DNA of 64,000 nt, taken from the human T2T-CHM13v2.0 reference genome, Homo sapiens. Below, in pieces: positions 53,201-64,000 of this stretch. The stretch lies in NCBI RefSeq assembly GCF_009914755.1, contig NC_060933.1, one strand, 5' to 3'. A program made the position numbers and the translations under genes. Under the pieces are notes generated by a model, which saw only the letters and a list, made by a program, of their open reading frames with translations, did not search any database and was not told the origin of the DNA. Each line of letters opens with the position of its first letter. The stretch's first letter is position 1.

Positions 53201-56200
53201 GGGGAATGGAATGGAATGGAATGCAATGGAATGGAATCTTCCGGAATGGAATGGAATGGAATGGAATGGAATGGAATTAACCCGAATAGAATGGAATGGA
53301 ATGGAATGGAACGGAACGGAATGGAATGGAATGGAATGGAATGGAATGGAATGGAATGGAATCAACGCGAGTGCAGGGGAATGGAATGTAATGGAATGCA
53401 ATGGAATGGAATCTTCCGGAATGGAATGGAATGGAATGGAATGGAATCAACCCGAGTGCAATGGAATGGAGTGGAATGGAATGGAATGGAATGGAACAAC
53501 CCGAATGGAATGGAATGTAATGGAGTGTAAGGGAGTTGAATAGAATCAATCCGAATGTAATGGAATTGAATGGAATGGAACGGAATGGAATTGAATGGAA
53601 TGGAATGGAATGCAATGGAATGGAATCAACCCGAGTGCAATGGAATGGAGAGGAATGGAATGGAATGTAGTGGAAACTACCCGACTGGAATGGAATGTAA
53701 TGGAGTGTAAGGGAATTGAATAGAATCAATACGAATGTAATGGAAAGGAATGGAACTGAATGGAATGGAATGGAATGGAATGGAATGGAATGGAATGGAA
53801 TGGAATGCAATGGAATGGAATCAACCCGAGTGCAATCGAATGGAATCGAATGGAATGGAATGCAATGGAATGGAATCAACTCGATTGCAATCGAATAGAA
53901 TGGAATGGAATTAACCCGAATAGAATGGAATGGAACGGAATGGAAAGGAACGGAATCGAATGGAATGTAATGGAATGGAATGGAACGGAATGGAATGGAA
54001 TGGAATCAACGCGAGTGCAGGTGAATGTAATGGAACGGAATGCAATAGAATGGAATCATCCGGAATGGAATGGAATGGAATCAACCCGAGTGCAATGGAA
54101 TGGAGTGGAATGGAATGGAATGGAATGGAACAACCCGAATGGAATGGAACGTAATGGAGAGTAAGGGAGTTGAATAGAATCAATCCGAATGTAATGGAAT
54201 GGAATGCAACGGAATGGAATGGAATGGAATGCAATGGAATGCAATCAACCCGAGTACAATGGAATGGAATGGAATGGAATGGAATGGAATGGAATGGAAT
54301 GCCTTCAAACCGAATGGAATGGAAAGGAATGGAATCAACACGAGTGGAATGGAATGGAATGGAATGAAATGGAATGGAATGGAATGATACGGAATAGAAT
54401 GGAATGGAACGAAATGGAATGGAATGGAATGGAATGGAATGGAATGGAATGGAATCGTTCCGAGTGGAATAGGAGGGAATGTATTCGAGTGGAATGGAAA
54501 GGAATGGAATCAACCAGAGTGGAATGGAAGGGAATGGAATGGAATGGAAACTAATAGAATGGAATCAACCCGAGTGGAATGGAATGGAAAGGACTGGAAT
54601 GGAATGGAACGGAATGGAATGGAATGGAATGGAATCAACTCGATTGTAATGGAATGGAATGGAATGGAATGGAATGGAATGGAATGGAATGGAATTAACT
54701 CGAATACAATGGAATGGAATGGAATGAAACGGAATGGAGTGGAATGGAATGGAATCAACCCGAGTGCAGGGGAATGGAATGGAATGGAATGCAATGGAAT
54801 GGAATCATCCGGAATGGAATGGAATGAAATGGAATGCAAAGCAATGGAATCAACTCGATTGCAATGGAATGGAATGGAATGGAAAGGAATACATTGGAAT
54901 CAACCCGAGTGGAATGGAATGGAATGGAAAGGACTGGAATGGAGTGGAATGGAATGGAATAGAATGGAATGGAATCAACTCGATTGGAATGGAATGGAAT
55001 GGAATGGAATGGAATGGAATTAACCCGAATAGAATGGAATGGAATGGAATGGAACGGAACGGAACGGAATGGAATGGAATGGAATGGAATGGAATGGAAT
55101 GGAATCAACCCGACTGCAGGGGAATGGAATGGAATGGAATGCAATGGAATGGAATCATCCGGAATGGAATGGAATGGAATGCAATGGAATGGAATCAACC
55201 CGAGTGCAATTGAATAGAGTGAAATGGAATGGAAACAAGCAGAATGGATTGGAATATAATGGAGTGTAAGGGAATTGAATAGAATCAATCTGAATGTAAT
55301 GAAATGGAATGGAACGGAATGGAATGGAATGGAATGGAATGGAATGGAATGGAATGCAATGGAATGGAATCAACCCGAGTGCAATCGAATGGAATCGAAT
55401 GGAATGGAATGCAATGGAATGGATTCAACTTGAATGGAAAGGAAAGAATGGAATCAACACGAGTGGAATGTCATGGATTGGAATGGAATGGAATGGAATC
55501 AACCCGAGTACAGGGGAATGGAATGGAATGGAATGCAAAGGAATGGAATCATACATAATGGAATGGAATGGAATGGAATGGAATGGAATGGAATGGAATC
55601 AACTCGATTGCAATCGAATGGAATGGAATGGAATTAACCCAAATAGAATGGAATGGAATGGAATGGAATGGAACGGAACGGAACGGAATGGAATGGAATG
55701 GAATGGAATGGAACGGAACGGAACGGAATGGAATGGAATGGAATGGAATGGAATGGAATCAACGCGAGTGCAGGGGAATGGAATGGAATGGAATGCAATG
55801 GAATGGAATCTTCCGGAATGGAATGGAATGGAATGGAATGGAATGAAATGCAATGGATTCAACTCGATTGCAATGGATTGGAATAGAATGGAATGGAATG
55901 GAATGGAATGGAATTAACCTGAATAGAATGGAATGGAATGCAATGGAACGGAATGGAACGGAATGGAATGGAATGGAATGGAATGGAATGAAATGGTATG
56001 GAATGGAATGGAATGGTACGGAATAGAATGGAATGGAACGAATTGTAATGGAATGGAATTGAATGGAATGGAATGGAGTCAACGCAATTGCAGGGGAATG
56101 TAATGGAACGGAATGCAATGGAATGGAATCATCCGGAATGGAATGGAATGGAATGGAATGGAATGGAATGGAATGGAATCAACCCGAGTGCAATGGAATG

Positions 56201-59200
56201 GAGTGCAATGGAATGGAATAGAGTGGAATTGAATGGAATTGAATGGAACAACACGAATGGAATGGAATGTAATGGAGAGTAAGGGAGTTGAATAGAATCA
56301 ATCTGAATGTAATGGAATGCAACGGAATGGAATGGAATGGAATGGAATGGAATGCAATGGAATGGAATCAACCCGAGTACAATGGAATGGAATGGAATGG
56401 AATGGAATGGAATGGAATGGAATGGAATGGTATGGAATGGAATGGAATGGTACGGAATAGAATGGAATGGAACGAATTGTAATGGAATGGAATTGAATGG
56501 AATGGAATGGAATGGAATGGAATCAATGCGACTTCAGGGGAATGTAATGGAACGGAATGTAATGGAATGGAATCATCCGGAATGGAATGGAATGGAATGG
56601 AATGGAATCAACCCGAGTGCAATGGAATGGAGTGGAATGGAATGGAATGGAATGGAACAACCCGAATGGAATGGAATGTAATGGGGAGTAAGTGAGTTGA
56701 ATAGAATCAATCCGAATGTAATGGAATGGAATGCAACGGAATGGAATGGAATGGAATGGAATGGAATGGAATGCAATGGAACGGAATGCAATGGAATGGA
56801 ATCAACCCGAGTACAATGGAATGGAATGGAATGGAATGGAATGGAATGGAATGGAATGGAATTGAATGGAATGAAATGCCTTCAAACCGAATGGAATGGA
56901 AAGGAATGGAATCAACACGAGTGGAATGGAATGGAATGGAAAGGAATGGAATGGAATGGAATGATACGGAATAGAATGGAATGGAACGAAATGGAATGGA
57001 ATGGAATGGAATGGAATGGAATGGAACGGAATGGAGTGGAATGGAATGGAATCAACCCGAGTGCAGGGGAATGGAATGGAATGGAATGCAATGGAATGGA
57101 ATTAACCCGAATAAAATGGAATGGAATGGAATGAAACGGAATGGAGTGGAATGGAATGGAATTAACCCGAGTGGAGGGGAATGGAATGGAATGGAATGCA
57201 ATGGAATGGAATCATCCGGAATGGAATGGAATGGAATGGAATGCAAAGCAATGGAATCAACTCGATTGCAATGGAATGGAATGGAATGGAAAGGAATACA
57301 TTGGAATCAACCCGAGTGGAATGGAATGGAAAGGAGTGGAATGGAGTGGAATGGAATGGAATGGAATGGAATGGAATCAACTCGATTGGAATGGAATGGA
57401 ATGGAATGGAATGGAATGGAATGGAATGGAATTAACCCGAATAGAATGGAATTGAATGGAATGGAACGGAACGGAACGGAATGGAATGGAATGGAATGGA
57501 ATCAACCCGACTGCAGGGGAATGGAATGGAATGGAATGCAATGGAATGGATTCAACTTGAATGGAATGGAAAGAATGGAATCAACACGAGTGGAATGGCA
57601 TGGATTGGAATGGAATGGAATGGAATCAACCCGAGTACAGGGTAATGGAATGGAATGGAATGCAATGGAATGGAATCATCCGTAATGGAATGGAAAGGAA
57701 TGGAATGGAATGGAATGGAATGGAATGGAATGGAATGGAATCAACCCGATTGCAATGGAATGGAATGGAATGGAATTAACCCGAATAGAATGGAATGCAA
57801 TGTAATGGAACGGAACGGAACGGAATGGAATGGAATGGAATGCAATGGAACGGAAAGGAATGGAATGGAATGGAATGGAATGGAATGGAATGGAATGGAA
57901 TCAACGCGAGTGCAGGGGAATGGAATGGAATGGAATGCAGTGGAATGGAATCTTCCGGAAGGGAATGGAATGGAATGGAATGCAATGGAATAAACCCGAG
58001 TGCAATGGAATGGAGTGGAATGGAATGGAATGGAATGGAACAACCCGAATGGAATGGAATGTAATGGAGAGTAAGGGAGTTGAATAGAATCAATCCGAAT
58101 GTAATGGAATGGAATGGAACGGAATGGAATTGAATGGAATGGAATGGAATGCAATGGAATGGAATCAACCCGAGTGCAATGGAATGGAGAGGAATGGAAT
58201 GGAATGGAGTGGAAACTACCCGAATGGAATGGAATGTAATGGAGTGTAAGGGAATTGAATAGAATCAATCCGAATGTAATGGAAAGGATTGGAAAGGAAT
58301 GGAATGGAATGGAATGGAATGGAATGGAATGCAATGGAATGGAATCAACCCGAGTGCAATCGAATGGAATCGAATGGAATGGAATGCAATGGAATGGAAT
58401 CAACTCGATTGCAATCGAATGGAATGGAATGGAATTAACCCGAATAGAAACGAATGGAATGGAATGGAAAGGAACGGAACGGAATGGAATGGAATGGAAT
58501 GGAATGGAACGGAACAGAATGGAATGGAAAGGAATGGAATGGAATCAACGCGAGTGCAGGGGAATGGAATGGAATGGAATGCAATTGAATGGAATCTTCC
58601 GGAATGGAATGGAATGGAATGGAATGGAATGAAATGCAATGGATTCAACTCGATTGCAATGGAATGGAATAGAATGGAATGGAATGGAATGGATTGGAAT
58701 TAACCCGAATAGAATGGAATGTAATGCAATGGAACGGAATGGAATGGAATGGAATGGAATGGAATGGAATGGAATGGTATGGAATGGAATGGAATGGTAC
58801 GGAATAGAATGGAATGTAACGAATTGTAATGGAATGGAATTGAATGGAATGGAATGGAATCAACGCGAGTGCAGGGGAATGTAATGGAACGGAATGCAAT
58901 GGAATGGAATCATCCGGAATGGAATGGAATGGAATAGAATGGAATGGAATGGAATCAACCCGAGTGCAATGGAATGGAGTGAAATGGAATGGAATGGAAT
59001 GGAGACAACCAGAATGGATTGGAATATAATGGAGTGTAAGGGAATTGAATAGAATCAATCTCAATGTAATGAAATGGAATGGAACGGAATGGAATGGAAT
59101 GGAATGGAATGGAATAGAATGCAATGGAATGGAATCAACCCGAGTGCAATCGAATGGAATCGAATGGAATGGAATGCAATGGAATGGATTCAACTTGAAT

Positions 59201-62200
59201 GGAATGGAAAGAATGGAATCAACACGAGTGGAATGGCATGGATTGGAATGGAATGGAATGGAATCAACCCGAGTATAGAGGAATGGAATGGTATGGAATG
59301 CAATGGAATGGAATCATCCGTAATGGAATGGAAAGGAATGGAATGGAATGGAATGGAATGCAATGGAATGGAATCAACTCGATTGCAATCGAATGGAATG
59401 GAATGGAATTAACCCGAATAGAATGGAATGGAATGGAATGGAACGGAACGGAATGGAATGGAATGGAATGGAATGGAATGAAACGGAAAGGAAGGGAATG
59501 GAATGGAATAGAATGGAATGGAATGGAACCAACGCGAGTGCAGGGGAATGGAATGGAATGGAATGCAATGGAATGGAATCTTCCGGAATGGAATGGAATT
59601 GAATGGAAGGGAATGGAAACAACCCGAGTGCAATGGAATGGAGTGGAATGGAATGGAATGGAATGGAACAACCCGAATGGAATGGAATGTAATGGAGTGT
59701 AAGGGAATTGAATAGAATCAATCCGAATGTAATGGAATGGAATGGAACGGAACGGAATGGAATGGAATGGAATGGAATGGAATGGAATGGAATGCAATGG
59801 AATGGAATCAACCCGAGTGCAATCGAATGGAATCGAATGGAATGGAATGCAATGGAATGGATTCAACTTGAATGGAATGGAAAGAATGGAATCCACACGA
59901 GTGGAATGGCATGGATTGGAATGGAATGGAATGGAATCAACCCGAGTACAGGGGAATGGAATGGAATGGAATGCAATGGAATGGAATCATCCGTAATGGA
60001 ATGGAAAGGAATGGAATGGAAAGGAATGGAATGGAATGGAATGGAATCAACTCGATTGCAATCGAATGGAATGGAATGGAATTAACCCGAATAGAATGGA
60101 ATGGAATGGAATGGAATGGAATGGAACGGAATGGAATGGAATGCAATGGAATGGAATCTTCCGGAATGGAATGGAATGGAATGGAATGGAATGGAATGGA
60201 ATAGAATGGAATCAACCTGAGTGCAATGGAATGGAGTGGAATGGAATGGAATGGAATGGAACAACCCGAATGGAATGGAATGTAATGGAGAGTAAGGGAG
60301 TTGAATAGAATCAATCCGAATGTAATGGAATGGAATGTAACGGAATGGAATGGAATGGAATGGAATGGAATGCAATGGAATGGAATCAAACCGAGTGCAA
60401 TGGAATGGAGAGGAATGGAATGGAATGGAATGGAAACTACCCGAATGGAATGGAATGAAATGGAGTGTATGGGAATTGAATAGAATCAATCCGAATGTAA
60501 TGGAATGGAATGGAACGGAATGGAATGGAATGGAATGGAATGGAATGGAATGGAATGGAATGCAATGGAATGGAATCAACCCGAGTGCAATCGAATGGAA
60601 TCGAATGGAATGGAATGCAATGGAATGGATTCAACTTGAATGGAATGGAAAGAATGGAATCAACACGAGTGGAATGGCATGGATTGGAATGGAATGGAAT
60701 GGAATCAACCCGAGTACAGGGGAATGGAATGGAATGGAATGCAATGGAATAGAATCATCCGTAAAGGAATGGAAAGGAATGGAATGGAATGGAATGGAAT
60801 GGAATGGAATGGAATCAACTCGATTGCAATCGAATGGAATGGAATGGAATGCAAAGCAATGGAATCAACTCGATTGCAATATAATGCAATGGAATGGAAA
60901 GGAATACATTGGAATCAACCCGACTGGAATGGAATGGAAAGGACTGGAATGGAGTGGAATGGAATGGAATGGAATGGAATGGAATGGAATGGAATGGAAT
61001 GCAAACGAATGGAATCAACCCGAGTGGAATGGCATGGAATGGAATGCAATGGATTGGAATGGAATGGAATCAACTCGAGGAGAAAGGAATGCAATGGAAT
61101 GGAAAGGAATGGAATGAAGTCAACTCGAGTGGAATGGAATGGAATGGAATGGAATGGAATGGATTGCAATGGAATGAAATGGAATGGAATGGAATGGAAT
61201 CAATCATGGAAGGGAATGTAATGGAGTGGAAAGAAGGGAATGGAATCAACCCGAGTGGAATGCAAGGCAATGGAATGGAATGGAAAGGAATGGAATGGAT
61301 TCAACTCGATTGCAATGGAATGGAATGGAATGGAATGGAATGAAATGGAATGGAATTAACCGGAATAGAAAGGAATGGAATGGAATGGAACGGAATGGAA
61401 TGGAATGGAAGGGAATGGAATCAACACGAGTACAGGGGAATGGAATGGAATGGAATGAAATGGAATGGAATCATCCGGAATGGAATGGAATGGAATGGAA
61501 TCAACTCCATTGCAATGGAATGGAATGGAATGGAATGGAATGGAATAGAATGGAATGGAATTAACCCGAATACAATGGAATGCAATAGAATGGAATGCAA
61601 CGGAACCGAATGGAGTGGAATGGAATGGAATGGAATCAACCCGAGTACAGTGGAATGGAATGGAATGGAATGCAATGGAATGGAGTCATCCGTAATGGAA
61701 TGGAAAGGAATGGAATGGAATGGAATGGAATGGAATGGAATCAACTCGATGGCAAACGAATGGAATGGAATGGAATTAACCCGAATAGAATGGAATGGAA
61801 TGGAATGGAAAGGAACGGAATGGAATGGAATGGAATGGAATGGAATGGAAAGGAACGGAATGGAATGGAATGGAATGGAATGGAATGGAATTAACGCGAG
61901 TGCAGGGGAATGGAATGGAATGGAATGCAATGGAATGGAATCTTCCGGAATGGAATGGAATGGAATGGAATGAAAGGCAATGGATTCAACTCGATTGCAA
62001 TGGAATGGAATAGAATGGAATGGAATGGAATGGAATGGAATGGAATGGAATGGAATGGAATGCCTTCAAACCGAATGGAATGGAAAGGAATGGAATCAAC
62101 ACGAGTGGAAAGGAATGGAATGGAAAGGAATGGAATGGAATGGAATGGTACGGAATAGAACGGAATGGAAGGAACTGGAATGGAATGGAATGGAATGGAA

Positions 62201-64000
62201 TGGAATGGAACGGAATCGTTCCGAGTGGAATAGGAGGGAATGTATTCGAGTGGAATGGAAAGGAATGGAATCAACCAGAGTGGAAAGGAAGGGAATGGAA
62301 TGGAATGGAAACTAATAGAATGGAATCAACCCGAGTGGAATGGAATGGAAAGGACTGGAATGGAATGGAATGGAATGGAATGGAATGGAATGGAATCAAC
62401 TCGATTGTAATGGAATGGAATGGAATGGAATGGAATGGAATGGAATGGAATGGAATTAACCCGAATACAATGGAATGGAATGGAATGGAACGGAATGGAG
62501 TGGATTGGAATGGAATCAACCCGAGTGCAGGGGAATGGAATGGAATGGAATGCAATGGAATAGAATCATCCGGAATGGAATGGAATGGAATGGAATGCAA
62601 AGCAATGGAATCAACTCGATTGCAATGGAATGGAATGGAATGGAAAGGAATACATTGGAATCAACCCGAGTGGAATGGAATGGAAAGGACTGGAATGGAG
62701 TGGAATGGAATGTAATGCAATGGAATGGAATCAACTCGATTGGAATGGAATGGAATGGAATGGAATGGAATGGAATGGAATTAACCCGAATAGAATGGAA
62801 AGGAATGGAATGGAATGGAACGGAACGGAACGGAATGGAATGGAATGGAATGGAATGGAATGGAATGGAATGGAATGGAATGGAATCAACTCGATTGCAA
62901 TCGAATGGAATGGAATGGAATTAACCCGAATGGAATGGAATGGAATGGAATGGAATGGAACGGAACGGAACGGAATGGAATGGAATGGAATGGAATGGAA
63001 TGGAATGGAATGGAACGGAAAGGAATGGAATGGAATGGAATGGAATGGAAAGGAATGGAATGGAATGGAATGGAATCAACGCGAGTGCAGGGGAATGGAA
63101 TGGAATGGAATGCAATGGAATGGAATCTTCCGGAATGGAATGGAATGGAATGGAATGGAATGGAATGGAATAAACCCGAGTGCAATGGAATGGAGTGGAA
63201 TGGAATGGAATGGAATGGAACAACCCGAATGGAATGGAATGTAATGGAGAGTAAGGGAGTTGAATAGAATCAATCCGAATGTAATGGAATGGAATGGAAC
63301 GGAATGGAATTGAATGGAATGGAATGGAATGCAATGGAATGGAAACAACCCGAGTGCAATGGAATGGAGAGGAATGGAATGGAATGGAATGGAAACTACC
63401 CGAATGGAATGGAATGTAATGGAGTGTAAGGGAATTGAATAGAATCAATCCGAATGTAATGGAATGGAATGGAACGGAATGGAATGGAATGGAATGGAAT
63501 GGAATGCAATGGAATGGAATGCAATGGAATGGAATCAACCCGAGTGCAATCGAATGGAATCGAATGGAATGGAATGCAATGGAATGGATTCAACTTGAAT
63601 GGAATGGAAAGAATGGAATCAACACGAGTGGAATGGCATGGATTGGAATGCAATGGAATGGAATCAACCCGAGTACAGGGGAATGGAATGGAATGGAATG
63701 CAATGGAATGGAATCATCCGTAATGGAATGGAAAGGAATGGAATGGAATGGAATGGTATGGAATGGAATGGAATCAACACGATTGCAATGGAATGGAATG
63801 GAATGGAATTAACCCGATTAGAATGGAATGGAATGGAACGGAATGGAATGGAATGGTATGGAATGGTATGGAACGGAACGGAATGGAATGGAATGGAATG
63901 GAATGGAATCAACGCGAGTGCAGGGGAATGGAATGGAATGGAATGCAATGGAATGGAATCTTCCGGAATGGAATGGAATGGAATGGAATGGAATGAAATG
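47214..64000 (-). repeat. HSat3 array in inverted orientation, (GGAAT)n on + strand
   Basis: Continuous GGAAT pentamers with CAACCCGAGT/CAACGCGAGT/CAACACGAGT/CAACTCGATT. It contains the reverse complements of the cassettes seen left of 47209 and runs off the right edge. Confidence 0.97.

Noticed and set aside
1-64000. Hundreds of ORFs up to 491 aa (MEWNG and HSIPF repeats)
   Set aside because: Neither strand of the pentamer contains a stop codon, and GGAATG supplies an ATG every 5 bp. Overlapping ORFs in all frames are therefore expected, and none shows a recognisable domain.
1-64000. HSat2, alpha satellite, DYZ1 or telomeric repeat identity
   Set aside because: There is no 171-bp monomer, no TTAGGG tract, no dense HSat2-type CATTCGAT pattern and no regular ~3.5-kb period.

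Overview
The whole 64 kb window is primate (most likely human) pericentromeric Satellite 3 (HSat3/SatIII). It consists of diverged (CATTC)n/(GGAAT)n pentamers interrupted by the classical A(C/T)TCGGGTTG / CAACCCGAGT-type decamer and a small set of recurrent non-pentamer cassettes. I can support no genes, RNA genes, transposons or CRISPR arrays. All ORFs in the track are stop-free translations of the pentamer (MEWNG/HSIPF repeats). The main structural feature is one clean strand inversion at 47209-47213, with C-rich sequence on + to the left and G-rich sequence on + to the right. The join has a 5-bp microhomology (ACGGA) and forms a ~55-bp near-perfect inverted repeat. The array also has nested higher-order structure: a ~5.05-kb tandem duplication (about 21.4-32.1 kb), a ~0.7-kb tandem duplication, ~175-bp paired cassettes, 45-50-bp stutters, and dispersed direct and inverted paralogous blocks. 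A recurrent variant, ATTCC-GGAAG-ATTCC, is a perfect three-unit heat-shock element embedded in a field of TEAD (CATTCC) motifs. Chromosome assignment (chr9q12-like) is only an inference. Counts, offsets and block boundaries were read by eye and are approximate.
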